64,000 nt of DNA from Eledone cirrhosa (lineage: Eukaryota), in NCBI GenBank assembly GCA_964016885.1, contig OZ024742.1:87420001-87484000 (forward strand). Reading direction: 5' to 3'. The number at the start of each line of letters is the position of its first letter. Within the stretch, counting starts at the first letter, position 1. Positions 44,606 through 60,244 of the stretch are shown piece by piece. The position numbers and the translations under genes are program-made. The notes below the pieces were generated by a model. It ran no database searches, had not been told where the DNA came from, and saw nothing but the letters and a program-made list of their open reading frames with translations.

Positions 44606-45708
44606 TGTGTGTGTGTGTGCGTGTGCGTGTATGTGTGTGAGTGTCTGTGTTTGTGAATGTATGTACATAAATATACGTATATGTGTGCATGCGTGGTCAG
44701 TTGTACATATGTGGGTGTGTTATTGCTACTCTACTGACTCAAATATGGCTGCACGATTCCAATTAAATTAACTAGGCATAAGCTCTATAAAATATATAAT
44801 AATATATTATATAAATAGGATGAAGTCACTTCTTCAGTGAATAAATATATGCGTTCATATGTGTCTGTGTGTGATATTTTACAAATAGATTGTGTCGGTA
44901 TGAGTGCTTGGTTTGCTTGTGTAAATTTCATTTAGTTATTATGGTATGACTTTCTAATATACTTATGATTTTCCTTTCGGTTTATGTACGTTAAATCAAA
45001 ACGTCAATGGCACCTGGTTAAGCAATTCAATATTAGTAAACTGAAAACACACTTTCAGCTAAGTGAAATTTGCGTCGATATATTTACAAATAAGGTTGTA
45101 AATACATATAATATTATGGACCCCCCCGCATTGTGTTGCAGCTGATCTCAGTTAACGAATTATTTCACTACCTACATTGCACATTATTTACGCAATACCA
45201 GAATACCAGAAATGAATCAAACATTTATAACCCATGAGTCGCAGTATGATAAATCATCAAGGTTTATTTAGCTACAAGTCACTAATAATTTAGGCAATGT
45301 ACATTTTAAATTATAAACAAACGTTGATCTCCATATTTGAACATTGGAACACTTAAGAGAAGCGAGGTTCTGAAAGATAGTAATTGAACTGAGCTTAGAC
45401 ATATTCGAAGAAGGAGGAGAAAATAAATTAAACTGATGCTATATGGTGTAGATGCATCGTGTAAATTCATTTCCTTTCCAGAAAGAAATTTAAAGGATAT
45501 TTTAGAAAAAAAAAGGAAATTTTCGATTTAGTATACAGGGCGTTCCATCGGAAAATACATTCGATTATGATATGTTTTATTCGTTAATTCATTTTTTTTT
45601 TAGTTCTGTCTAAGTCTTGTACTCTGCCAAATTATATCTGTACATATGTATCCTCACGTTAAAGCGCACTCGAACACACACAGACGCAGCCACCCCCACT
45701 CCCCCCTC

Positions 45709-45739
<31 letters not shown>

Positions 45740-45928
45740 CAATGTAAATGGCATTCAAAGAGAGTGTTTAAAACATGTAATCACTTACTATTGTTTCATC
45801 CTAGCACGTTGTATTTCGTCTCTGTAATATACTTGCTAGTTTACATTGAACTATTTTCTTACTTGTAATTGGGTAATATTTACTATTACACATATCATAT
45901 ATATATATATATAGTATTATATGTAAAA

Positions 45929-46114
45929 GGCGGTGGATTGGCAGTATCGGTAGAGGGTCGGACGCCATGCTTTGACGCATAGAGTTACGGCCCTTGCCAT
46001 TAAGAGTTCAAATCCCGCCGAGGTTAAATTTGCCTTTCATCCTTACGGGGTCGATAACATAAAGTACCAGTAATACACTGGGTATTTGCTGGCCTTGTGC
46101 CTAACGTAGAAACA
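45929..46114 (+). mobile_element. full-length tRNA-derived SINE with target-site duplication
   Basis: A box tggcagtatcgg (45939-45950); B box gttcaaatcc (46006-46015); TSD attatat(g/t)taaaagg at 45916-45930 and 46115-46129. Confidence 0.92.
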
Positions 46115-46853
46115 ATTATATTTAAAAGGATACAGAATCAGTGTTGCATCATATACATATGTTATTATATGTTGCATATGTATCACTGTCGATCAGCTCA
46201 AGGAACAGTCTATTATTGAGGGAACCTGACGCTGGAATCGGAAGCACCGCTTGAGAAATAAGTCTACATGTTAAGATATATCTAAGGAGTTTCCGTTTCC
46301 AAAGTCAGGTGTGATCAATAATCGATCGTTCTTCGAGCTGATCGACAGGGAATTATATATAATATGTAATTAAATATGTATATGATGCAAAACTGATTCT
46401 TTAAACCCTGATATATTAATACTATTGATACTCTGCTCCCCAAGAGCATCGAGTGCTCATTCGACATGCCGTCCATGGATGCGAATAAATTGCACATTAA
46501 GACTTATATATGTATACTTATGTATACATATGGGTGTCCGTGTTTATATATATATATATATATATACTGTGTTTATATATATATATATAAACTAAAAATA
46601 ACAACAAAGTTATGACAAGACAGCGGAGGAATATACATCAATTTGTAGCAATTAAGCTGCATGTACGCATACAATATTATATCACGTCAAAGAAAGAAAT
46701 ATGATGCCTCTTATATATAAATATATATATATATATATGTGTGTGCGTGTGGGTGTGTGTATGTTTGCGTGGTTGGGTGTGTGTGTGTGGTTGTGTGCGT
46801 GTGGGTTTGTGTGTGTGTATGCATGTATGTATATATCTACGAGTATGTGTGAT

Positions 46854-46884
<31 letters not shown>

Positions 46885-48933
46885 ATATATATATATCTCC
46901 CTGTCACTGCCTCTCTCTGTTTATATGTATATACGAAAAGTAAATGTTTCGTCAATACAGCACAACGGTACCGTACAATGAAGTTAACAATTTGATGTGG
47001 TAAGTACATTAACGAGTCGTATTTTATTTCTTTATCGGAAGAAACAAGAAATAGGTCGGTAGCTGTGAAGCAGAAAATATAGAAACATATATTTTTCGTG
47101 ATACAGGGGTTAAATCACATGTCTATTTCGTTAGTCATGTTGGGGTAGTTTGCATTAGAATATATATTATATATTAAGGATGCTGTGGAAGAGAGCTAAT
47201 CTTTGTGTATCATTAGTGGAAATATGCGTGTTAGCGTGTGTGTGTGTGTGGGGGGGGGGTGCTGTTCATTTATTTGCTCTTTTGTCTGTGCAATGGTAGA
47301 ACTTTATATACGTCAGACCGTGATAAAGTGCAGCCATAATTTAGATAAATCTTGTAGGGAAAGGGCGACAGTAGCGAGCATGTTGGCCATTCAGTATCAA
47401 AAGATTATGCGGAGTATCAAGTAGAAATATGTGTAGGACAAACTACCAACCAGTAAAACTACGAAGTGTAATGCCACTGTATACGTTGAAGCGGGTAGAT
47501 ATAGGTGGGGTTGGCTTTAGACAATGTTGTGATTAAATTACCATTGACGGTACCATATCTTCGGCAATGGTTACAGGGAAAAGATCATATGCACGCTTAT
47601 TAAACAAAACACAAACGTGCACCTTAATGGAAGAACCATGAAATATTGTTTCTTTATCCTGAATGAGAGCCGAGTATTCCCATTGGCATACGGATATATG
47701 CACGCACGCATGTTTGCTTGTAACAAAATATGTAGGATGAGTGACAGTGGAGGGATTGATGTATGCTGTGTTTATTGGGACCTACGCTGAATATGCATAT
47801 GTATATGATGCAACAGTGTGTGTGCATATGCATGTTCTTTCCGTATGTGTGTGTGTCTATGTGTGTGTGTATGTGTATGTGTGTGTTCGTGTGTGTGTGT
47901 GTGCGTATGTGTGTGCAAGGATGAATGGGTGCAATAGAGAAAAAAGGTAGAGTTGTAGAAACTAAAGCGGAGTTGAGACCATTGGCATTGAAACCTGGTG
48001 TCTTAACAGATAATGCTCACTAAGAGAGCGCGTAAGTATATCTATGGTTAACAAATCTGATCTTCTGTTAAACCACATATGTCGGAATTGTGATTTAAAA
48101 CGGGACTGAATTTGATCACTATGAATCATAATTATGAAAGGAAAAATATTATGGAGTATAGACACAATTATGGGATGCGTAATATGGTAATTGTCTAATA
48201 CACAAGATTACATATAAGCAAATATAAAGAGTTACTCATATAACGTTTACATATATTCTCTGTTTCACTTGCAAACATACACACGCAGACACACATAATC
48301 GCACGTATATATATATATGTATTCTCATATAGAAACTTACATACACATATGTCTAAAAAGGAATTATATATATACATATATATGTGTGTGTGGGGGGTGG
48401 GGGTTCATGTGTGTGCATCTCCGTGTGTGTGTGCATGTATGTGTGTGTGTGGATGTGTGTGTCTGCGTGTACGCGCGTGTATGTGTGTGTGTGTGTGTGT
48501 GTGCCTGTGTGTATTTGGCATCATTTATTTTCCTTTTTCTTCCTTCAGAAGAGGTATTTAAGTAAAATGTTGAGATTATGAAAGGTATCTCGTTGAATTG
48601 TTTGGCTGATAAATCACCGATATGGAAAATAAATTATTAATAATTGTTCTTTTTATTGCTTCGGTACAAACTAGCTTTTAAGAACCTCGCTTCATAATCG
48701 TTTGACAGTATTGATCATATCCGATGAAATATATTAACATATTAACAATTATTTCTTACAAAATTAATTTAACATTTACAATCATAGTTTTCTCTAAATA
48801 ACTGCGCAGATATGACATTTTAAAGCATTCCACTTCCATTAGACTTTAAGAAATGATTACGTATAAAAATATCGAAATACCAAGTTGGGGGAAAATGAAA
48901 CGTTTGCCAAGTAATTGAAGGTATATATATATA

Positions 48934-49107
<174 letters not shown>

Positions 49108-49337
49108 GTAGATGTACACTTTAACTTAATTGTTTAAGCGTCAGTCATACAAAAGTGAGTTAGAAGCGAAACAAAATTTAATTTCGTTTCGTTATTTGTT
49201 TTTATCGTTTCCGCTGAACCGGTGCGTACAATGACTCACGTTCTATGCAAATTAGTCTACCCACTACTAATTTTCATAGAAAAAGCAGATAACGATATGT
49301 GCTTTTACAATTCTCCAGAGAAGCCGGGAGATGGGTA

Positions 49338-49382
49338 AATATTGCTGATGAGATGTAATAACATCGAAACTAGTCCAATATT
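49338..49382 (+). ncRNA. intact type I hammerhead ribozyme (copy 1), predicted cleavage after C49375
   Basis: AAUAUUG-CUGAUGA-GAUGU AAUA ACAUC-GAAAC UA GUC^CAAUAUU: 7-bp stem I, 5-bp stem II, palindromic ACUAGU stem III. Confidence 0.92.
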
Positions 49383-49806
49383 CCTGTCTGGCTCTCTGGA
49401 GAATAGAGGAAATGTGTTTCCTTGAAAACTCGTATGACTCTAAAACCCGGTCCGTCTGTGTGGTTACATACAGACTAGCTGACACTCACTGTAAAGTGTC
49501 TAGTGAAAAACTCAGTACATGTACATATGTATACATGTGTGTATTTATATGCATACTAATACTTCCGTATACATATGTAGATGTACACTTTAACTTAATT
49601 GTTTAAGCGTCAGTCATACAAAAGTAAGTTAGAAGCGAAACGAAATTTAATTTCGTTTCGTTATTTGTTTTTATCGTTTCCGCTGAACCGGTGCGTACAA
49701 TGACTCACGTTCTATGCAAATTAGTCTACCCACTACTAATTTTCATAGAAAAAGCATATAACGATATGTGCTTTTACAATTCTCCAGAGAAGCCGGAAGA
49801 TGGGTA

Positions 49807-49851
49807 AATATTGCTGATGAGATGTAATAACATCGAAACTAGTCCAATATT
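49807..49851 (+). ncRNA. intact type I hammerhead ribozyme (copy 2), predicted cleavage after C49844
   Basis: Identical to copy 1, 469 bp downstream. Confidence 0.92.
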
Positions 49852-50174
49852 CCTGTCTGGCTCTCTGGCGAATAGAGGAAATGTGTTTCCCTGAAAACTC
49901 GTATGACTCTAAAACCCGGTCCGTCTGTGTGGTTACATACAGACTAGCTGACACTCACTGTAAAGTGTCTAGTGAAAAACTCAGTACATGTACATATGTA
50001 TACATGTGTGTATTTATATGCATACTAATACTTCCGTATACATATGTAGATGTACACTTTAACTTAATTGTTTATATATATATATATATATACAGACATA
50101 CCTACACCCACACGTACACACCCACATACACATTTAAACATATGCACATACGTATACACGTATAGACACTCACG

Positions 50175-50243
<69 letters not shown>

Positions 50244-50360
50244 GTGTAGACAAAGACATACATATTTAGAATCTATTTTAGCTCTAAGTTCTACACACGC
50301 TCAGACACACACACATACACACACACACACATGCACTCACATATATATATATATATATAT

Positions 50361-51542
50361 ATAAAGAATTAGTATATCTACCAACATATATATACAGATG
50401 CATACCTATGCTAGCAAATATATAGGTTTTGTCTTAGTAACTGTGTGGTTCAATGCAAGGGGATGCATAACAATTATATGAAAGACGTAAAATAAGAAAA
50501 TTATAAAAAATTAACTTACTTACTAAAGTTTCACTCCAACTAATTAGTTTCTGGAAGGGAATAAACATAGTTTCCGAGTGGAACCATGGAGAAAATCCAC
50601 TCGTCATCAGGAAGTCTATTCTCAGCTAAGTTCCCAGGCAATGCGTGGACACAGGGAACTTATACACAAATAATTCAGTGGATGGAAAAAGGCGAGCGAG
50701 GACTAAATTCCAGGACATTGAAAAAATCACTGCCTACTTGGTCGGTGGCAAATTCAAAAGAATCAATCACGTGACATTGAGGTTAATCGGTGAGGAGTGG
50801 GGTGATAATAAGGCAGGAGCCTGACTATTACTATGAACCATAGTAGTAGAGTTGGCAAAGTTTGCTCAACAAAATAATTTGGAGATAATTATAAAGAATT
50901 AGTATATCTACCAACATATATATACAGATGCATACCTATGCTAGCAAATATATAGGTTTTGTCTTAGTAACGTTGTGGTTCAATGCAAGAGGATGCAGAA
51001 CAATTATATGAAAGACGCAAGATCCCCTTGCATTGAACCACAAAGTTACTAAGACAAAACCTATATATTTGCTAGCATAGGTATGCATCTGTATATATAT
51101 GTTGGTAGATATACTAATTCTTTATAATTATCTCCAAATTATTTTGTGGAGCAAAAATTTGCCAAAACTAATACTATGGTTCATAGCAATAGTCAGGCTC
51201 CTGTCTTATTATCACCCCAATCCCCACTGATTAACCTCAATGTCACGTGATTGATTCTTTTGAATTTGCCACCGACCAAGTAAGCTGTGATTTTTTCAAT
51301 GTCCTGGAATTTAGTCCTCGCTCGCTTTTTTCCATCCACTGAATTATTTTTGTATACGTTCCCTGTGTCTACGCATTGCCTGGGAACTTAGCTGAGAATA
51401 GACGTGCAGATGACGAGTGGATTTTCTCCATGGTTCCATTCGGAAACCACGTTTATTCCCTTTCAGAAACTAATTAGTTGGAGTGAAATTTTAGTAAGTA
51501 AGTTAATTTTGTATAGTTTTCTTATTTTACGTCTTTCATATA
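50361..51542. mobile_element. 530-bp partial-tandem unit (50361-50890 + 50891-51017) with inverted copy (51022-51542), in (AT)n
   Basis: ataaagaattagtatatctaccaac... recurs at 50361 and 50891. 51022-51542 mirrors ~50475-50994. Confidence 0.9.
50557..50622 (-). ncRNA. hammerhead-like motif with long stem II and offset stem I
   Basis: CUGAUGA-CGAGUGGA(13-nt loop)UCCACUCG-GAAAC UAU GUU^UAUUC. The GAAUA/UAUUC pairing is displaced by 6 nt. The mirror copy at ~51395-51460 has CAGAUGA. Confidence 0.55.
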
Positions 51543-51624
51543 TATATATATATACATAGATATACCTTAAACAAGTTATCTCGTTAGTTGGATAGACTGT
51601 TGTCATATTTACAAAAAATGAGAC

Positions 51625-52430
51625 GCGATGGGGCCCACCCACAGCCCCGGCGGACAACATAGAGAAGGCGTTTCGCCGGAGGACGACAAGGGAGACGCGC
51701 TGGAAATAACCACTCCAACTCGCAGGGCTCAGACCTGCGGCTGGCCAGCTCAGCACCTCTGGTGGTGAGTAAGGAGGTAGCGCTGGGGCCGAGGACACCA
51801 GAAGTCTCCACTGCCAGGGATACAACCGCAAACCTTTCGGAGAGCGACCGGTATTTGAGGAGTTTGGTCTCCTCTGCCCGACGTGCAGCAGAACTTGGGT
51901 CAGACGCAGACTGCACCAGGTTCCAGCTGCAGAAAGTGTCGGTGCAAGTGGCATCCCAGACGAGAGGTTTCCCACCGCGGAACGGGAAAATGGTCATGCC
52001 ATATGACCTTTTTCAGACATTCGATCCAGCCACACCGTCTCGAGGAAGGAAGGGAAGTCTGCAGCGTCCAAGCCATGCTTAATGACCTCGGTGAGGGCAG
52101 CATGGCGTGGAATGTGGACGGCACTGTGGTGACAGGAAAGCGGGTGGGGGCCGAAATAGAACCACGGTGAACCGCAGCGACATTGGTGTGGCTGGCAGAT
52201 TCGGAGACCGAGCCTCAGGGAAACGCCGATGCCCAGGCTATGGTTGTCTAGCTGCGTGCCATCGGAAAAGTAGGGCAGGGCATGGAGCTAGACACCATTG
52301 TGGGGTTTGGAGGCTGCACAATAACAAGCAAGGCGATGCTGGTGGAGCTGGCGCGTGAACCTGTCTGAGGCCAGGCTGCACTGGATGCCATCCCAAATTC
52401 GTTGGGGGGACCTGACCTCAACAGCGGCAT
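51625..52430 (-). mobile_element. CRE-like non-LTR retrotransposon 3' fragment (zinc knuckle + restriction-like endonuclease), GC-rich
   Basis: MTIFPFRGGKPLVWDATCTDT...AARRAEETKLLKY..L...AVETSGVLG...QRVSLVVLRRNA; frameshifted. Confidence 0.8.
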
Positions 52431-53229
52431 ATATATCATTTGATTTTGAAGCGTCTTTGGGGTATGAAATTTGAAATGAATTAGTATTTATGACGTATAT
52501 TCTGAATACGGAGATTACGGCGATGTTGGTAACCGACTTATGATGTTTTATTCAAGGAAATATTTTAAATGAAGGTTTGAAGCACAACATTAGATTACTA
52601 TTATTATTACAAGGAAAATAATGTATCTAGACGTATAGAATTGACATAATTCCTTTTGTAAAAATGATGCAGAACATCAATGTTATAAACAAAGCATCAT
52701 TTACGCGAATCAGTTATAAAACGATGTATGTCTTTTAAATTAACTTCTATTACGATAGTGTTGAACGAGTAACATTCTCGCAATTTCATTATGCAATTAC
52801 ATATAATTAGTCATGTATGTAAATTATGTTAAACCAGCTGAAACGTAAAAGTTTGTAATACGTCGTGGAATTATAAATGCATCATGTAATGGTAATATTT
52901 TATTCTTTGTAAAATGTTGGCAATGCTAGTTATTAGTATGTGCATTTACATAAAGAGGGGTAAATATAGATACTGAAATACACAAGAGACTCTGCAAGAT
53001 TTTCAAACATATACGCAACATCACGCATATTTATGCAAAAATGCATAATAATATTATAGATACACGCAGCTAAGCTCTTACGTATCAATAATAATATGTA
53101 AATAACTTACCAAGTATAATAATTACAGCAAACGAACGGTTTTAATGTTATCACGAATGTTTTTGTAAAATACAGGATGGCATCACCATTTGGAATACTT
53201 AAAGATGTGAAGCAAAATACACAATAAAC

Positions 53230-53272
<43 letters not shown>

Positions 53273-53286
53273 ATATATATAGAGAG

Positions 53287-54475
<1,189 letters not shown>

Positions 54476-54543
54476 AGTATATATACGTACATACATATAT
54501 GTATACAGACGTACAGTTATATGTATTTTTATATACATACATG

Positions 54544-54586
<43 letters not shown>

Positions 54587-54706
54587 GTATGGATTCACCG
54601 AACATTTATTATAATGCTCGGTGTGTTTGTAAACAATCATCCCGAATTAAGCAATACAGTGTCTAAAAACCATAGTTGCTCATTTATTCAACAGTGACAA
54701 GGGAAC

Positions 54707-54745
54707 GCTGTACTAATTTCAAGCTTATTAGCTATCGTCAGCAAC
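54707..54745 (-). ncRNA. type I hammerhead motif (inverted copy)
   Basis: GUUG-CUGACGA-UAGCU AAUA AGCUU-GAAAU UA GUA^CAGC. Confidence 0.75.
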
Positions 54746-54889
54746 GTATACATTCCTGTCAGATAATTGATCGTCTAAAAGTATATACTTTCCTTATGCA
54801 TATTAACGGCTGAGCAGCGTAACTGCATATCGAGTGAGTTAATCGGCCGGGCGCACCGAAATATATGTGTGCATGTATGTGTGCATGTA

Positions 54890-54939
<50 letters not shown>

Positions 54940-55132
54940 CTATTGTACGTATGTATACATATATGTATCTATGTATACATACTTATATTTAAGTAACAGC
55001 CGTACTAAGAGTGAGAAATGAAATTTCGTTTCATTTTTTCCGTTTATCGATTTCGGTGCACCCGGCCGATTAACTCACTCGATATGCAATTTAGGCTGCT
55101 CAGACGTTCAATAATCTGGTAGGAAGGTATAA

Positions 55133-55171
55133 GTTGCTGATGATAGCTAATAAGCTTGAAACTAGTACAGC
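55133..55171 (+). ncRNA. type I hammerhead ribozyme, predicted cleavage after A55167
   Basis: GUUG-CUGAUGA-U AGCU AAUA AGCU U-GAAAC UA GUA^CAGC with palindromic ACUAGU stem III. Confidence 0.85.
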
Positions 55172-55589
55172 GTTCCTTTGACAGTGTTTAACAAATGAGC
55201 AACGATGGTTGCTAGACACTGTACAGCTTAATTCGGAATGTTTGTTTCCAAACACACCGAGCATTATAATAAAGGTTCGGCGAATCCATACGTACATATA
55301 TATATATATGTGTGTTCATGTATGTGTATATATAGATACTACTGATGTACGTATACATACTTATATTTAAGTAACAACCGTACTAATAGTGAGAAATTAA
55401 ATTCCGCTTCATGTTTTCCGTTTATATATATATATATATATACAAACTGCGGACGGCATGTGAGGACAGATTTATGGTTTAAAAAGAAACGCTAATATAA
55501 TAACAGAAACAAACTATGTTCTTATAAAAGTGACATAAGCATAAAGCTAAATTATCAATTTAATAATTTTATTCAATAAAACAACCATA

Positions 55590-56340
55590 AATATCAATAG
55601 CTACAATTACGTGTGGTTGAAATCCTTTACAAGCTCGGATTAAGTTGTCCTTGTCCAAATCGGACAGACTCGAAATATTGCAGCGGTCAAAGAATCTTTG
55701 GTGCTATGGGGGTGTTCATCAACATTTCTCTCAACAGTGCTTCATAAATAGTTGTCCAGTGGATTGAAATCTGAAGAATTAGGTGGCCAAATGACGGGGG
55801 TCATGAGATCATGCAATTGTATGGCCATCGATTATCGTGTCATTTGAGCCTTGTGTGATGGTGCATAATCTTGTTGAAAAACATAAGGCCTTCCATTGCA
55901 TACACTGTTGATGCAAGGCCTAACATCTTTATCCAGAACTTCAATGTACGCAACAGCATTCACCCTAAGGCCCTGTGGAAAAAAGGGAGGGGGATCACAT
56001 GTCATCCATTGCTAACAACACACAACACTTTTGGATCTGATTAAACGGTTTTCTTTTGTTCTTTTCCGACATGAATTGACTTCTTCTCACCACGGAAAAT
56101 TTGTATGTGATGTCTTCATGCACAATATTTCTGATTATTTTTTTCTGACACACCAAAATGTTTAGCAATTGACATCATTGATTTTCCTGGATTGTCATCA
56201 ATGTTATGCTTAATGTTATCCAGAATCAGAGCATTTGGAATGTGTTTTACGTTTTGATACAGCTAGTACGCTTCCATCTTCTTTCTCTAACTAACACCCA
56301 CCGAATCTTGTGGAGAGGCGATCTTGCAACTTTCAGAAAA
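55590..56340 (-). mobile_element. decayed Tc1/mariner (DD37D-like) transposase remnant
   Basis: Minus-strand peptides QGLRVNA, PYVFQQDYAPSHKA, IWPPNSSDFNPLD and HPHSTKDSL, with stops and frameshifts. Confidence 0.82.
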
Positions 56341-56400
56341 CGAGAAATGTATAAACCTCCATGCTTAGCCTTTAAAGCAACAATCACTCACACACAGACT

Positions 56401-56491
<91 letters not shown>

Positions 56492-56597
56492 ATATATATA
56501 TATAATATATATATATGTATGTATATGCACACGTATACTTATTTTGATTATTTGCGTACTGTATACACACATACAATCACACACGCACACTCACATT

Positions 56598-56676
<79 letters not shown>

Positions 56677-56681
<5 letters not shown>

Positions 56682-56864
56682 AACCAGTAAGACCCCGACA
56701 GCTGAGCTCAAGCCGTTTCGACGGCTAATTCAGAATTAGCCGTCGAAACGGCTTGAGCTCAGCTGTCGGGGTCTTACTGGTTCCTATTACCCACTCTACT
56801 ACCTCAAGTATTGAGTACTTTGGTGCGTTATAGTCCACCTGGTTCCTTACCACATTTCCTTCGT

Positions 56865-56865
<1 letters not shown>
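56677..56865 (+). mobile_element. short palindrome-plus-tail element in (AT)n, copy 2 (perfect 55-bp arms, 1-nt loop)
   Basis: 56677-56731 is the exact reverse complement of 56733-56787. The tail matches 30807-30890 inverted. Confidence 0.92.
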
Positions 56866-56917
<52 letters not shown>

Positions 56918-57377
56918 ATATATATTTATATGTACATGTATGCAGGCATGTATACATGAGAAGAGGATAATTGGGAATAACTTTCTAGATTCTAACGACT
57001 GTCTGAATTAGATAAAAGAAGATGTATGGAAAACTTCCCCACCCACCATATTTGTTCTTCGGTACTAGTTTCCACCAAACATTACCCTACGACAAACCAA
57101 GAGCTCATATCGCGAACTAACTGGGTGGTTCATACAAACCCGATTTTCAGAAGAAAGTTATACATTTTAATATGAAAAAAATGTATTCAGAAGATTTAAT
57201 TAAAATCACACAAGAGTTGCTTCCCCCTACGTCGATCAATTTATTACAATAACTAACTTGCTATAAACTATTTGCCTTTTTAAGTAAACATTGCCACAAA
57301 ATGAAATATATTTACTTAAACACATGAGATTACAGGCGCTCAATATCTAATCTGCTACAATTAATATGATTCCTGCC

Positions 57378-57428
<51 letters not shown>

Positions 57429-57750
57429 CTATATATATATATATATATATATACGAGTATATATATACATTAGCGAGAATCGTATTTCGGCTTTGGAATT
57501 AGCGAAAAACAACTTCCGAGATGTGTGGCAAGAGCTCAATAATTCTAACAAACCAGAGCTACAACATACGTTAAAGGCCAAACACACTAAGACGATGGTT
57601 AAACCGTCATCCGCATACAGATAGAAACGACCAAGTAATTCGGGTCAAACAAATGTGATTGAAACATTTACCCGGACCCCTGGATGGTTGCTAAAATCCA
57701 GAATTTGGGTTTCTGAGACCTCTAAATCAAGTACTGTCCGGTTAGACAAA

Positions 57751-57936
57751 TAATTGTTTCTACTTTTGGCACAAGGCCATCAATTACCAGTGCATTACTG
57801 GTACTTTATTTTATCGACCCCGTAAGGATGAAAGGCAAAGTTAACCTCGGTGGGATTTGAACTCAGACCGCAAAGGGACGTAACTATGCTGGAAAGCATG
57901 GCGTCCGACCCTCTACCGATACTGCCAAGCCACCGC
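57751..57936 (-). mobile_element. full-length tRNA-derived SINE
   Basis: Reverse complement of the 45929 SINE, including A and B boxes; short acaaata duplication. Confidence 0.92.
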
Positions 57937-58265
57937 ACAAATATTGTCAGGCTTCTGGTCAGATGATTGAACAAGGAAGTCACTTTCTCAACAGATTTTA
58001 GTTCAAGTGCCAGGAAAGGAATGACCGTTACCGATAACCACGTGGGGCTCGACAAGGAAGACAACCCTTATTTTTGGCGGATCAAATTCAGTATGTGTAT
58101 ATTATTGCAAAAATGCAAAATATCACACAACGAATTAAGCTCTCAGCAGAATGGTTATAAGTTAACAAAAGCTATTCATCAGTCAATAGAGTCAACTAAA
58201 AATAAACGAGAAAATTAACTGGTCAATAGCTAGACTCTGGAGATTAATACAATATAGATATTAAT

Positions 58266-58397
<132 letters not shown>

Positions 58398-58495
58398 TAA
58401 CTGAACAACACAATATATACCTACTCCATTGCCAAAGGTTTCAGATCCCTAGACAATATTAACATAGTCTAGTTCGCTCATCAGCCAGAGGGGTT

Positions 58496-58618
<123 letters not shown>

Positions 58619-58763
58619 TATTGAAATTTCCGTTGGAAACAGAAAAGGTCATAGAAGTGAAGAGTGCTCTATGTAAGTATCATAGCAAAATTTAATGTGT
58701 AAAATTCAATACAATATAATTACCTCTGGTAATGAGGTAATTATATTGTATTGATTTGTATAC

Positions 58764-58812
<49 letters not shown>

Positions 58813-58888
58813 GAAGTAATTCCGTCGGAAAGGTCCAGGAAAAAAGAGTGCTCTGTGTAGGTTACAGAGCTTAATAGTTAACTATATA

Positions 58889-58959
<71 letters not shown>

Positions 58960-58961
<2 letters not shown>

Positions 58962-59503
58962 GGCGGGTACAATTTCCGAGATCTATGGACGAGTCTTCTC
59001 CAGCGGTCTCGGTCCCTAATTATTTCTGCCATGTCCTGAGTCTCTAACAGACCAGTGTCTGTCCTTAGGTCATCAACATATGTTAACCTCGGTTTTCCAC
59101 TTCCAGTGTCTTCATGTACGTACTCCCACATGAGCACTGAGTGCAGTGTCAACTCTGGGTGCCATGTCGGTGAGCTTGTCCAGCCAACCTCGGTCTCCTC
59201 TATGTCACTTTCGAGCTAACCTTTGGGAGGCACCCGTACAGCTCTAAATTCTTCATCCTCGGTGTATACTGATTAATGTTCAGAGCCATACTTAGTATTT
59301 TCGTGTACCACCCATCGTGTAGTATTGGTTGACGACCTTCTGTATTTGGGAGCAACAATTGAGCATACGGAAGATGAGTTGGTCGCGAGGAAGCGTAAAG
59401 CCTGGGCAGTGTGCCACAGCTTGAGATCGCTGTGGAACCTTCTTAAAATCCTGAAGGTCCGTTTCTTCGTTGCGGTAGTGGAGTATGTGCTGCTGTACGG
59501 GTC
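58960..59503. mobile_element. RTE-type LINE 3' end with 5' inversion
   Basis: 58960-59316(-) reads DGWYTKILSMALN...GKPRLTYVDDL...RDRWRRLV. 59325-59503(+) reads VDDLLYLG...ARKRKAWA...VEYVLLYGS. Confidence 0.82.
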
Positions 59504-59688
59504 GACCCGAATTACTTGGTCGTTTCTTTTGCTGTGCGGATGTTTGTTTAACCATCGTCTCAGTGTGTTTGGCCTTCAACGTATGTTGTAGCTCTGGTTC
59601 ATCTGAATCATCGAGCGCTTGCCACACATCTCGGAAGTTGTTTTTAGTTATTTCGTGGACCGAAATGCGATTCTCGATAATTTATATT

Positions 59689-60244
<556 letters not shown>

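Larger units (their letters stand above)
54474..55425. mobile_element. 378-bp hammerhead element: partial tandem (54973-55047 = 55351-55425) plus inverted copy (54474-54862)
   Basis: Direct and inverted homologies are directly visible. Third copy at 32823-33177. Confidence 0.88.

Noticed and set aside
45929-46114. SINE as a tRNA gene, or as a partner of the Dong elements
   Set aside because: Multi-copy with TSDs and no clean cloverleaf. Its 3' end shows no visible similarity to either Dong 3' UTR.
49267-50165. Duplicated 64-94 aa ORFs as tandem genes
   Set aside because: By-products of the 469-bp repeat, with non-ATG or arbitrary starts and no motifs.
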